This document shows positions 1-10,890 of a stretch of DNA of 64,000 nt, in pieces. Source of the stretch: Dictyostelium discoideum (lineage: Eukaryota); contig CM000152.2 in NCBI GenBank assembly GCA_000004695.1, forward strand, positions 608,001 to 672,000, read 5' to 3'. Made by a program: the position numbers and the translations under genes. The notes under the pieces were generated by a model. That model was not told the origin of the DNA. It ran no database searches and saw only the letters and a program-made list of their open reading frames with translations. Each line of letters begins with the position of its first letter. Position 1 is the first letter of the stretch.

Positions 1-249
1 GGATTATTTAATTATTTAGGTAGAAAAGTTGTTGATGATTTTGATGAAAAAGAAATTATTGAAGCTTTCCAAGTATTTGATAAAGATGGTAAAGGTATGA
101 TCGGTGCTTCTGATCTTAGACATATTTTAACAAATTTAGGTGAAAGATTACCAGAAGAACAAGTAGAAGAAATGTTAAGACAGGCAGTCGGTAGTGGTGA
201 TGGTGCAATCAACTATGAACCATTTGTAAGAAATATGTTAAAGAAATAA
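1..249 (+). CDS. C-terminal fragment (window-truncated at the 5' end) of an EF-hand calcium-binding protein resembling a myosin essential light chain or calmodulin
   Basis: Frame 1 translates ...[68 protein letters not shown] with TAA at 247-249. It contains two EF-hand loops ([20 protein letters not shown]) and resembles the C-terminal half of metazoan MYL6-type light chains. Confidence 0.6.
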   Translation, partial: GLFNYLGRKVVDDFDEKEIIEAFQVFDKDGKGMIGASDLRHILTNLGERLPEEQVEEMLRQAVGSGDGAINYEPFVRNMLKK

Positions 250-265
250 AAGAATCCAAAAAAAA

Positions 266-297
<32 letters not shown>

Positions 298-499
298 TTG
301 TATAATATAAATAAAATCTTGTCTTTATTTGAAAAATTTTTTGATGGTTTTTTTTTTTTTTTTATTTGAAACAAAACTTTTTTTTTTTTTTGAAAAAAAA
401 ATAACCAACCAACTTTTCAAACAATTTATGATAAGAGATAATTTCAAAAAAAGAAAAAAAAAAATAAAATAAATAACAATAAAACAAAAATAGATTACC

Positions 500-535
<36 letters not shown>

Positions 536-613
536 AATACAGATTATTTTATTAAATTATATGTATGAGGAGATTTATTACTATTTATAAATATTGAATT
601 CGTTCCTCGGGAG

Positions 614-645
<32 letters not shown>

Positions 646-652
646 AAATTAT

Positions 653-1063
653 TTAGATTTTGGTACATTTTTCATAGAAACATGAATCTTTGACTTCAGA
701 GGCATCGGTACCTTGGATTTCAACTTGGATACCAACACAGGCTTTACGTAAAGAGTCTTTTGATGAGGTGGCCATCATTTTCTTTTTAATGTTGGCGGTA
801 TCTGGGCACCAGGCAACAAAACAGATTTTGCTCTTTTGGGCACCTTCTTCTTTGTATTGATAGTCGAGGACAACGTATCTACATTCGTTTTCTGGGAGAC
901 ATTTGGTGAATTCATCGAATGAACAACCAGCTGGTAAGGTGGAGTCAACAATGATTTCTTTTGAATCGTCAGAGATTCTGTAGATGATACCACCATATTT
1001 ACGACCTAACTTTAAATCGTTGAAGGTTGAAACGCAGTTTGGAGCTAAAGCAATACCTGAAGA
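653..1063 (-). CDS. Cofilin (actin depolymerizing factor), exon 2 carrying the whole coding body
   Basis: The reverse strand reads SSGIALAPNCVSTFNDLKLGRKYGGIIYRISDDSKEIIVDSTLPAGCSFDEFTKCLPENECRYVVLDYQYKEEGAQKSKICFVAWCPDTANIKKKMMATSSKDSLRKACVGIQVEIQGTDASEVKDSCFYEKCTKI*. This is essentially the known Dictyostelium cofilin sequence. The exon is preceded by the acceptor ...tttatag|TCT, so the ATG lies in a tiny upstream exon. Confidence 0.85.
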   Translation of the reverse strand, partial: SSGIALAPNCVSTFNDLKLGRKYGGIIYRISDDSKEIIVDSTLPAGCSFDEFTKCLPENECRYVVLDYQYKEEGAQKSKICFVAWCPDTANIKKKMMATSSKDSLRKACVGIQVEIQGTDASEVKDSCFYEKCTKI

Positions 1064-1121
1064 CTATAAATAGTTTTTTTTAAAAATATAATAATAAAAA
1101 AAAAATTTATTATTAATATTA

Positions 1122-1182
<61 letters not shown>

Positions 1183-1431
1183 CCAATTATTTGTATAAAC
1201 CAAAATAGATTTTTTATTTTATTTTTCGTTTTTTTATTATTGTTATCCATGACTGTGGTATTATAAAAATAAAAAATATTATAAAGTGTTTGATCAAAAA
1301 TTTATATTATTTTTTATATTGGTACCACACAATTAAATTAAAATTTTAATTTATTATTATTATTAATTATTATTATTATTTTTATTATTATTTTTATTAT
1401 TTATTATTTATTTTTAAATAATTCTCATTAC

Positions 1432-1434
1432 CAT
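1432..1434 (-). CDS. Candidate ATG-only first exon of cofilin
   Basis: The reverse strand shows ATG|gtaatgagaat at 1434..1425, the first ATG+GTAA donor upstream of the exon-2 acceptor. This would imply an intron of about 368 nt. An alternative ATG nearer the acceptor cannot be excluded. Confidence 0.3.
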
Positions 1435-1519
1435 TTTTTATATATAGTTTTTTATTTAGTTGAGTAAGTTGAATAGAATAAAAAAAAAAAAATGAAAAAT
1501 AAATATCACAAAAAAATTT

Positions 1520-1550
<31 letters not shown>

Positions 1551-2479
1551 TTAAAAAAAATTAAAATTTTTTTTTTTTTTTGGCTCACCCATATCGAGTT
1601 TGTGTGCATTTTTATCATAATAAACCCACTTTTTTTTTTTTCGCCATTTTTTTTTTTTTTAAATTTTTATTTTTTTTTATTTTTTATTTTTTTTTTTTGT
1701 GGTTCTGTTGTGTATTTAAAAAATAAAAAAAGTAAAAACAACCAAATTTTAAAAAATGAGTTTGAGTTTGGTTTTGTTTAATTTGGGTTTTGGTTAAATA
1801 TGGGTGTAATTTTTCCAAATCTTCGATAATGAGATTAACCATTCAATTGTTTAGATTTCTAATTTTTTTACATTAAAATTATAATAATTTTATATTTTTT
1901 TTCGTTTTTTTAAATTTTTTAATTTTTTTTTTATTTTAATTATTTAAATATTAAAAGAAAATATAAATAAATAGATAGATAGATAATTTTCATTGAATTT
2001 TGTAGTAATTTAAAAAATTACAATAAAAAAAAAAAAAAGAAACGGGAAATTGTGAATATTATTATTATTATTAATATTATTCTTTTATAATAATATTTTA
2101 AATTTAATTTTTAATTGTTTTAAAGATAATAAATAATAATATTATAAATTAAATTATTTTAAAATATTTCGTATTTTTAAAATATAATAAAGAAATTAAA
2201 AAAACAAAAAAATAGGTAATAATAAAAAAATATATTTTTTTTTTTTTTTTTATTAATTTTTTTTTTTTATTTTATTTTTTTTTCTAATCGTAACAATTTA
2301 AAGTGTGACAAAAGAAAGAGATTTAAACTGAAATTTTATCAATCTTAAAAAATTAAAATCACACACACACACACATATATATCAAACATTTAGATATATG
2401 AATATATTTTTTTTTTAATAATAATAATGTTTATTTAAGAAATTTTAAAATAATTATTTTTATAAATATTATAAAGTTA

Positions 2480-2981
2480 TTATTTTAATAAAATTTTATC
2501 AACAATTTTTTCATAAGCAATTACATTTGGATCATTTGATCTTTGTTCAATGAATGGTGAATTAATATCAACATATCTTGAACATTGTAATGACCATAAA
2601 TAATTACCACCCAATATTAATTTCATTGATCTTGTTAATAATTTTAAATCATCTCTTTGTTCAATTGGACATTCTAAAAGTAAAATTCTTTCATCTTCAC
2701 AAATTTGATTCATAATTTCATCATTAAATTTTAAAATTACTTTATAAACATTATCAAATGAACCAACTTGATTTTGTAAAAAATGTAAAGGGTTAGTTAA
2801 ATGATTATTATTTCTAATTTCTTTTGCATAGGAAGCACAATCATTCATTGTAGCCATTTGGTATCCACCATTAGTTGCAAATCTATCAAATCTTGGATTA
2901 ATCCAAATTTTTGGATCAATCTTTGAATTTGGATATAAAAGCATTGCAACTGAAAGTGAAACATATGTACCAGAATTAGTT
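2480..2981 (-). CDS. Terpene synthase paralog A, exon 3 (C-terminal, carrying the NSE/DTE motif)
   Basis: Reads ITNSGTYVSLSVAMLLYPNSKIDPKIWINPRFDRFATNGGYQMATMNDCASYAKE...KILLK*. The NDxxSxxxE (NDCASYAKE) metal-binding motif is present. The acceptor is tttaaaag|A at 2983-2982. Confidence 0.75.
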
Positions 2982-3111
2982 CTTTTAAAAAAATTATAAC
3001 TATCATAATTATTTAAATTCTTTTTTTTTTTTTATTTATATTAATATTATTTAAAAATTAAAAATCAAATAAGTTTAAAAAAAAAAAAGAAAAAGAAAGA
3101 ATTAAAAATAC

Positions 3112-3448
3112 ATTACATCAGCTCTATTAAATGGATTAATTGAATTAATCCAATCAATAATAAATTTTAAAAATTGATTAAAGAATTCAATTTTTTCACC
3201 AACAAATTGTTTGGTTGTTTCTCTAAAATATAAAACATATTTTTCAATGTTTGAAATATTATTAGAATCATAAAAATTTCCATCCATAAAAATATGTTCC
3301 AATTTTTTAATTAATTCTCTAGAGTCATCTGGATTTGTTAATTTACTCTCTAAAAAATCATCAACTACAAAACAAACTGTAAGATATCTTGATGCAACCA
3401 AAAGTTGTTCATAGTTACATAAAGGATATAAATAAATTGTACTGGAAA
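3112..3448 (-). CDS. Terpene synthase paralog A, exon 2 (DDxxD motif)
   Basis: Reads ISSTIYLYPLCNYEQLLVASRYLTVCFVVDDFLESK...WINSINPFNRADV. The Asp-rich DDxxD/E motif is VVDDFLE. The acceptor is taatttag|TTTCCAG and the donor is GTA AT|gtattt. Confidence 0.75.
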
Positions 3449-3449
3449 C

Positions 3450-3509
<60 letters not shown>

Positions 3510-3604
3510 TAATTATAATTTTAAAAAATAAATAAATAAAATAATAATAATAATAATAGTAATATTAATATTAATAATAATAATATAGTTTTAAATTTAT
3601 TTAC

Positions 3605-3752
3605 TTGTTCCATAATAATATTCAAGTGTTTTTTTATTTTCTTCAAATAATTTAAAATCAACAACTTCTTTATAACAAGTGTATATACACTTATCATTTG
3701 CAGGTGGTTCAATCCAATCTTCTGGGAATTTGAAATCATGAAGAGAATACAT
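3605..3752 (-). CDS. Terpene synthase paralog A, exon 1
   Basis: Starts at ATG 3752..3750 and reads MYSLHDFKFPEDWIEPPANDKCIYTCYKEVVDFKLFEENKKTLEYYYGT. The donor is ACA A|gtaaat. Intron 1 is 156 nt. Confidence 0.7.
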
Positions 3753-3821
3753 TTTTTATTTATTTATATTATAGAATGGGAAATATTTTTTGAAGTTTTG
3801 TTTATTAAATATGAAAATTAT

Positions 3822-3858
<37 letters not shown>

Positions 3859-4466
3859 TAATAAAAGAAGTAAAATAAAAAATAATAATAATAATAATAA
3901 TAATTAAAATAATAATAATAAAATAATAATAATACAATAAAATCAAATAAAAGTAAAAAAGGTTTTAATGATAAATGTATATACAAAAGATTGCAGATAA
4001 ACCACTTTAAAAACATTTGGTCCAGTTTAGACTTTTAAAATTTTTTATTAATTTAAATTAAATATAAGGTCGACCTTTTTTTATTTTATTTTAAATTTAT
4101 TTTTTGTTTATTTTTTTCATTTTTGTAACACCCCATTTATAGTTTTTTATAATTAATTAACCTTTAAAAATAAAATACAATATTAAATGATAATAAATTA
4201 TTGAAGAATAATAATAATAATAATTTTTTTTCTTGTTGGAGTTATTTTATTGGATTTTATCCATATATATTATTTTAAACTTTTCAATAATTATTCATTA
4301 ATAATAAATACTAATTCTCTGCGCTGTAAATTTTTTAAAAAAAAAAGGATTATGACAACACTTTTATATTTTTTTATTTTTTTTTTTTATTTTTTTTATT
4401 ATTTTTTTTAATCTCAAAATAAAAATTAAAAATTATTTTTTTTATCTAAAAATAAAATATAAATTT

Positions 4467-4967
4467 TTATAATTTAATAATTTTATCAACAATATTTTCA
4501 TAAGCAATTACATCAGGATTAATTGATCTTTGTTCAATAAATGGTGAATCAATATCATTAAATCTAGTACATTTCAATGACCAAGAATAATTACCACCCA
4601 ATATTAATTTCATTGATCTTGTTAAATATTTTAAATCATCTTTCTGATCATCTGGACACTCTTTTAAAAGTAATTCTTCATCTTTACAAATTTCATTAAC
4701 AATTTTGTTATTAAAATTTAAAATTAATTTATAAACTTGATCAAATGAACCAATTTCTTTTTGTAAAAAATATAATGGATTTGTTAAATGACAATTACTT
4801 CTAACTTCTTTTGCATAAGATGCACAATCATTAAATGCTGACATTTGATACGCACCATTACAAACAAATCTTTCAAATCTTGGATTCATCCAAATATTAG
4901 TATCAACTTTTGTATTTGGATTTAAAAGCATAGCCATTGAAAGAGTTACATATGTTCCAGAATTAAC
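4467..4967 (-). CDS. Terpene synthase paralog B, exon 3
   Basis: Reads VNSGTYVTLSMAMLLNPNTKVDTNIWMNPRFERFVCNGAYQMSAFNDCASYAKE...KIIKL*. The NDxxSxxxE motif is present. The acceptor is aaaaag|GTT. Confidence 0.75.
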   Translation of the reverse strand, partial: VNSGTYVTLSMAMLLNPNTKVDTNIWMNPRFERFVCNGAYQMSAFNDCASYAKEVRSNCHLTNPLYFLQKEIGSFDQVYKLILNFNNKIVNEICKDEELLLKECPDDQKDDLKYLTRSMKLILGGNYSWSLKCTRFNDIDSPFIEQRSINPDVIAYENIVDKIIKL

Positions 4968-5105
4968 CTTTTTAAAAAAATTATAACTATCATAATTATT
5001 TAAATTCTTTATTTTTAATATAAAAAAAATAATGTTAATAATAATAAGTAATAATAAATAAGAATAAAAATAATAATAATAAAAATTTTATAAATTTATA
5101 ATTAC

Positions 5106-5437
5106 AATTGCCTTATTAAATGGATTAATTGAATTTATCCATTCAACAAAAAATTTAATAAATTGATTAAAAATGTTAATTTTATCACCAACAAATTGTC
5201 TTGCTTTACCTCTAAAAAACATTGTATATTTTTCAATATTTGAAATATTAGATTGGTCAAGATATTCACCATCAATTAAAATATTTTCAATCTTTTTTGA
5301 CATTAAATTTGAAGTTTCTGAATCAACTAAATTACTTTCCAAAAAGTCATCAATAAGATATCCAACTGTAAGAAATCTACATGCAATTACAAGTTGTTCA
5401 TAATTACATAATGGATAGAAGTTTATGGTACTTGAAA
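5106..5437 (-). CDS. Terpene synthase paralog B, exon 2
   Basis: Reads LSSTINFYPLCNYEQLVIACRFLTVGYLIDDFLESN...WINSINPFNKAI with the DDxxD motif LIDDFLE. The acceptor is tacaatag|TTTCAAG and the donor is GCA ATT|gtaatt. Confidence 0.75.
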
Positions 5438-5528
5438 CTATTGTAAAATAAATAAAATATTAATTTATATATATAAAATTTATATATCAATTAAATATTA
5501 AATTTATTTTAAAAAAATAAATAATTAC

Positions 5529-5676
5529 GTGTTCCATAATAATATTGAAAAGTTTGTTTATTTTCGTCTAATAATTTATAATTGATAACTTCTTTATAAC
5601 AATCATAAATACATTTATCATCTGCTGTTGGTTCAATCCAATCGCTTGGGTATTTAAAATCATAAATTGAATACAT
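5529..5676 (-). CDS. Terpene synthase paralog B, exon 1
   Basis: Starts at ATG 5676..5674 and reads MYSIYDFKYPSDWIEPTADDKCIYDCYKEVINYKLLDENKQTFQYYYGT. The donor is ACA C|gtaatt. The exon is 148 nt, the same length and phase as exon 1 of paralog A. Confidence 0.7.
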
Positions 5677-6553
5677 TCCTAATAAAATATTTTATTTTCC
5701 ATTAATTATTATAAATTATATAATTCTTTTTTTTTTTTTTTTTGTATAAACAATCCCTATAAAAATAATAGGAAAAAAAAATTAGATATTGAAAGTTCAC
5801 CATGTATATAAATAGTTTTTTTTTAAAAAAAAAATTATTTATTTTTAAAATTATTAATAATTTTTTAATTACAATATTGGAGGAAAATTTGATTGGATTT
5901 TAAAATTATTTTTTAATATTCTCAAAATTAATGTTGAAAAGTAGTTGGAGAAACTATGGATGGTTGAAAGCCTATGATAATTCTTTTTTTTTTTTGATAA
6001 AAAATAAAAATTGGTTTGCTAATTTTTTATTTTTTTATCTTTTTTTTTATTTTTTTTTTTTTATTTTTTGCATATAAAATTATAAAATAAATATTAATTT
6101 AAAAAATATTAATTAAAAATTTTTAATGCAAATGAACTATTTAAAAATGAAAAGAAAAAATAATTACCTTTTTATATGATTATTTGGTTATCAAGTAAAA
6201 ATTTAAATATTAAAAGATTTTTTTTTTTTTTTTTTATTAATAGATAGAAGGTGGGAAAAAATAAAGAAAAAAAAAACTTAACCTATTAAGAATCTGTCTT
6301 AATTTTAATTATAAAACCTTTTTTATAATTTTAATTAAAAAATAAATAAATGGGAATTAATTTTATCCCGAAAAAAAAAAAAAAAAAATATTATTATTAC
6401 CAGATTCTTTAGATCTTTTTTTTTATTAATTATTTACTTGGAAAAAAAAAGAGTTGTAATTCCTTTTAAAATTACCTATTGTTATTTTATTTTTATTTTT
6501 ATTTTTATTTTTATTTACAAGAATATTTATTTTATATATATATATATATATCT

Positions 6554-7009
6554 CTAATTTGACATTACAATACATAATGAGATTGCATTTACAATTGATT
6601 GAGAAGCATGTAATGGAACGAAATGGTCAGTTGAATTATTAACTATTTGAACACTATTTGAAGAGTAATGAGTCATATCGAATTGAATATCAATCCAATC
6701 AGGTGCACAATCTTGAGAAGCTGTTAAAACCACCAATGATTTATTACCCAAATATTGACTATTTCCAAAGAGATTATTTTGATTTATTAGTATATCATTC
6801 AATTGATTAATTGAATCAAATATAATTGATAATTCATTCTTTGATGCATCAATACTATTAAAAGATTGATAAATTAAATCTGTTGAATACTTTAAAGTAT
6901 CACTTAATTCAATTGTTGATGATCCTAAATACCCACTTGATAATGGAAAAAATGGTGTTAAAATTCTAGTAATACCACTTGGTAAAATATATTTTAAAAC
7001 TTTAAAACT
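6554..7009 (-). CDS. Alpha/beta-hydrolase-fold protein (lipase/esterase-like), exon 2
   Basis: Continues in frame from the acceptor aaaaaaag|AGT and reads SFKVLKYILPSGITRILTPFFPLSSGYLGSSTIELSDTLKYSTDLIYQSFNSIDASKNELSIIFDSINQLNDILINQNNLFGNSQYLGNKSLVVLTASQDCAPDWIDIQFDMTHYSSNSVQIVNNSTDHFVPLHASQSIVNAISLCIVMSN*. Confidence 0.6.
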   Translation of the reverse strand, partial: SFKVLKYILPSGITRILTPFFPLSSGYLGSSTIELSDTLKYSTDLIYQSFNSIDASKNELSIIFDSINQLNDILINQNNLFGNSQYLGNKSLVVLTASQDCAPDWIDIQFDMTHYSSNSVQIVNNSTDHFVPLHASQSIVNAISLCIVMSN

Positions 7010-7104
7010 CTTTTTTTATAAAAAAAAAAAAAAAAAATTAGAAAAAATTATAAATAAATATAAAATTATAAATAGATATATAAATTTATATAAATAGTGC
7101 ATAC

Positions 7105-7842
7105 ATTAATACCTTGATTAATAAGGTTAATTAAAAAATTATCAGTTAAATCAGTTAAACCCATTGAATCAATTAATAAGACACCATCAACCATTGATGG
7201 GAATTGTGATGCGAATAATTGTGACAATATACCACCATAACTCCAACCAACTAAAATTAAATGATCATTTATACCAATTAATTCTAAATATTGTTTTAAA
7301 TCATTAGCAGCTTCAATAGCATCAACACCTTTATTTCTATTACTTTTATATTTTAAATCACTCCAACCATATCCATATCTATCATATACACAATATTGTT
7401 TAATTTTATTCATTGGACTATTACTACTATTATTTATTTGTTGTTGTTGTAAATTTTCTAAAACGTTACCCCAAATAGTTGAATAAAATGGTGTACCAGC
7501 TTCAAATAGTATTGTTTTTTCAGCATCACCACCACCACCACTACCAGCATATTCAAAACATCTAATATGTAATGATGTTTCATTTATAGTTGGTCTAAAA
7601 CTTTTACCACCAAATTCACCAGAAAAAGTTTTATTTGGGTCTAAAAATATATCTGATTGTTGAATTAATAAAATTATATCTATTATTGATATTAATGATA
7701 ATGTAAAGAATAAATATGAAAAGTATCTCTTTTTATTAGTTTTACCAATAAAATAAAAAAATAATGATACTACCACTAAACAATATAATGTTGATGGTAA
7801 ATATCTATATTCTATTTTAATAAAATCACTTAAACAATTCAT
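7105..7842 (-). CDS. Alpha/beta-hydrolase-fold protein, exon 1
   Basis: Starts at ATG 7842. The N-terminus has two hydrophobic segments (LYCLVVVSLFFYF, LFFTLSLISIIDIILLI). A GxSxG nucleophile elbow is present at HLILVGWSYGGILSQLFASQFPSMVDGVLLIDSMG. The donor is AAT|gtatgcac and the intron is 95 nt. Confidence 0.65.
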
Positions 7843-7957
7843 TTTTTTTTTTTTTTTTTTAAAAAAATCTAATTTATTATTAATGCTTAAAAAGAAAAAA
7901 AAAGAAAGGAGAAAAAAAAGAGAGGAGAAAAAAAAGAGAGGATAAAAAAAGGTGTGG

Positions 7958-7991
<34 letters not shown>

Positions 7992-8132
7992 CATTTTTTT
8001 TTATTTTTATTTTTATTTTTAATTTAAGAACATTTAATTTTATTTTTATTAATTTTTATTTATTTTTAACACAGATATATATATATGGATCTTTTTTTAA
8101 AATTAAATTAAATTAAATGTTTGTTTATTTAA

Positions 8133-8593
8133 TTATTTTTGAATTTGATAACGACGTTGTGGTTTATTAACTGAATCAGAAATTAACATTGCATCTCTAA
8201 TTTCAGGAATATCATGAATTCTAATTATATTTGCACCCCACATTGAACCAATACAACAACAAGCTATTGTACCCCATAATCTTCTTTCACTCTTTGGAGA
8301 TGGTGGTGGTAAGGATTTATCCTTTTCAGCATTTGCAATTGTATTTGCGATAAAACCTTTTCTTGAAGGACCAATTAATACTGGAAATCCTAAACCCATC
8401 AATTCTTTACCTCTTTGTAAAATTTCAATTGATTGTTCATAAGTTTTATAAAATCCTAAACCTGGATCCAAAATAATTTGCCATCTAAATAAACCTAACT
8501 TTGTACAAGTTTCAATTCTTTCTTTAAAAAATGAATTTAATGTTGTAATAACACTTTGGACTTGATAAATCAATTTTTTGTTTAATTTTTGAT
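8133..8593 (-). CDS. Trifunctional folate-synthesis protein FolB-FolK-FolP (DHNA / HPPK / DHPS), exon 2 carrying the DHPS C-terminus
   Basis: Reads DQKLNKKLIYQVQSVITTLNSFFKERIETCTKLGLFRWQIILDPGLGFYKTYEQSIEILQRGKELMGLGFPVLIGPSRKGF...RRYQIQK*. This is the conserved C-terminal half of dihydropteroate synthase. It is reached only by splicing out 8594-8699. Confidence 0.75.
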
Positions 8594-8614
8594 CTATTAT
8601 CGTTATCATTATCA

Positions 8615-8693
<79 letters not shown>

Positions 8694-8699
8694 CTTCAC
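8594..8699 (-). other. Intron of the FolB-FolK-FolP gene composed almost entirely of (AAT)n
   Basis: The donor is AAT G|gtgaagat (GT at 8699-8698) and the acceptor is gataatag|AT (AG at 8595-8594). The 106 nt between them is not a multiple of 3. Removing it is the only way to join the DHPS N-terminal and C-terminal halves, which lie in different frames. Confidence 0.6.
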
Positions 8700-10179
8700 C
8701 ATTTGTATTTATACTACTATTACTATTACTATCATTACTATTATTTAAATATTGTTCATTTTGTTTTTGTTGTAAATATTGAGTTGTTGGTTGTGAATGA
8801 TTTAATATAATTGGTACTCTAAATTCTTTTGCAATTAAAAGTATTTGTGGATCAGTCATACCACCACTAACATCATTGATGATATTACAACCTGCTAATA
8901 TTGCTTCCTTTGCAACTTGATGATGAAGTGTATCAATTGAAAGTGGAATATCATTACCCAATACTTCTCTAATCTTTTTAATGGTTGGCACAACACGATT
9001 GATCTCTTCTTCTATTGAAATTTGTTGAGCACCTGGATAAGTTGATTGACCACCAATATCGATGATATCAGCACCTTGTTCAATTAAGGCAGTAGCTTGT
9101 TGAATTGATTTCTCAAGAGTATTAAATTTACCACCATCAACAAAACTATCTGGAGTAACATTTAAAATACCCATTATAAATGTTTTATCATTCCAATTAT
9201 AATTTAAATTTCCAATTCTAATAACTTTTTCAATTATATTATTACATGTTGTTGTTGCAGTTGGTGGTGGTGGTATGTTATGAATGTTACCACCATTTGG
9301 TAAATTTAATTTCATTCTGTTTGTTGTTATATGTAATGTTGGATGAATGAAATTTGGAGCAATGTCAGAGAGTGGAAGTAATACGAAATCTCTTTCCCAC
9401 ATTAATGGATGTGGTATTTCTAAATCATCGGTTTTGATGATTAAACCATTATAATAGATGATATCGATATCGATTACACGTGGACCATTTCTAAATGTTT
9501 CAACTCTACCCATATCATTTTCAATTTGTTTAATGAATTTCAATAGATCGTGTGGTTTTAAATCTGTACTAACTTTACAAGCACAATTATAGAATGAATC
9601 TTGTTCTCTATAATATTGTGGTGAACTTTCATACATGAATGAAGTTGATTGTATAAAACATTGTTTTTCTAATCTTTTAAAACTATTTAAAATATTTTGA
9701 AATTTATCACCTAGATTTGAACCAAATGCTAAATAAACTATATTATTACCAGCATTACTATTATTACTATTCTTATTATTATTAATTAATTTTGAAGGTA
9801 TTTCAACAAATGAATTTGATTTAAAATAATCTAAAGTTCTTTCAATTTGAACACCTGGCCATTTAGCTAATTTAATTGCACCTGGTTTTTGTACCAAAAC
9901 TTTAACACGTTCAATACCAAATCCTAAACAACAAATTTTTGCCACACCAGTTGCTAATGCTTCTAATGTATAATGATGTGATGATTCTGAATAGGAACAA
10001 ATTGATTTCGATAAGGAACTATAAGAAACTGTATCAATTACATTATCTGATGATCCACATTTTGATAAATCTTTATATGCTGTAACTGAAATTATAATAT
10101 TTTGTTTAATTATTCTTTCACCTGGATTAACACCAATAACTGCTTGAATTAAAAGATCTTTTATTATAATTTTATCCAT
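8700..10179 (-). CDS. Trifunctional FolB-FolK-FolP protein, exon 1
   Basis: Starts at ATG 10179. The N-terminus MDKIIIKDLLIQAVIGVNPGERI is a dihydroneopterin aldolase signature. The middle segment ...FRNGPRVIDIDIIYYNGLIIKTDDLEIPHPLMWERDFVLLPLSDIAP is HPPK. The segment TFIMGILNVTPDSFVDGGKF...ADIIDIGGQSTYPGAQ...NDVSGG is the DHPS pterin-binding region. The donor is AAT G|gtgaagat. Confidence 0.8.
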
Positions 10180-10890
10180 TTTTTTTATTTTTTATTTTTT
10201 ATTTTTTATTTTTTATTTTTTTTTATTTTTTATTTTTTATTTTTCTTAGTTTTATTCAAAATTAAAAAAAAATCAATGGCAAATATCAAATATTTTTTAT
10301 TTATTTAATTATTTAATTATTTATTTGTTTAATTTTTTATTAGTTTAGTTATTTATTTGTTTTAATTTTTTATTTATTTATTTATTTTTGAAATTCTGTT
10401 AGTGTGGTGTGAGTTTGTGAATTCGAATTTAGTGTATTTTTTTTTTTTTTTAATTATTAAAAAGTTTTTTTTTTTTTATTTTATTTTTTATTTTTTTTAA
10501 TTTTTTTAATTTTTTTTGACTCATTGAAATTAAAAAAAAATCCATATATAGAACGATGGGGTTACACAATTTTGTGAAGGTCTTTTTTTTATAAAATAAT
10601 TGAAAAATCCCAATAAAAATAAAAATATATTTTCATATGAAAAATGTCTAAAAAAAAAAAAAGAATGGCAGAACATTCGTTTTGTTTTTTTTTTTTTTTT
10701 TATTTCTATTTATATATTATTTCAACAAATCTTTTTTTTTTTTATTTTTATTTTTATTTTTTTTTTTTTTTGGGAAGATATTTTTTTTTTTTTATATATA
10801 TTATTATTTTTATTATTATTATTATTATTGTTTATATTTTTTTATTTTACCATGAGTGAAATTATTGACCATAATAAAATTTTTTTTTTT

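Noticed and set aside
775-996. ORF-track entry 775..996 (-), MVVSSTESL....
   Set aside because: It is the wrong frame of the cofilin exon. The correct frame gives a full-length cofilin.
3521-3739. ORF-track entry 3521..3739 (-), MISNSQKIGLNHLQ....
   Set aside because: It is the wrong frame. Exon 1 of terpene synthase A (ATG 3752, donor at 3605) occupies this interval in another frame and is supported by homology to paralog B.
8589-8810. Antisense ORFs made of poly-Tyr, poly-Ile or poly-Phe: 8589..8810, 10600..10935, 19684..19908, 20554..20766, 20995..21258, 28434..28688, 38006..38401, 54484..54717 on the plus strand, and others.
   Set aside because: They are the alternative frames or opposite strand of (AAT)n/(ATT)n or homopolymer tracts. 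Every one lies inside or antisense to a better-supported gene or in poly-A/T intergenic DNA.
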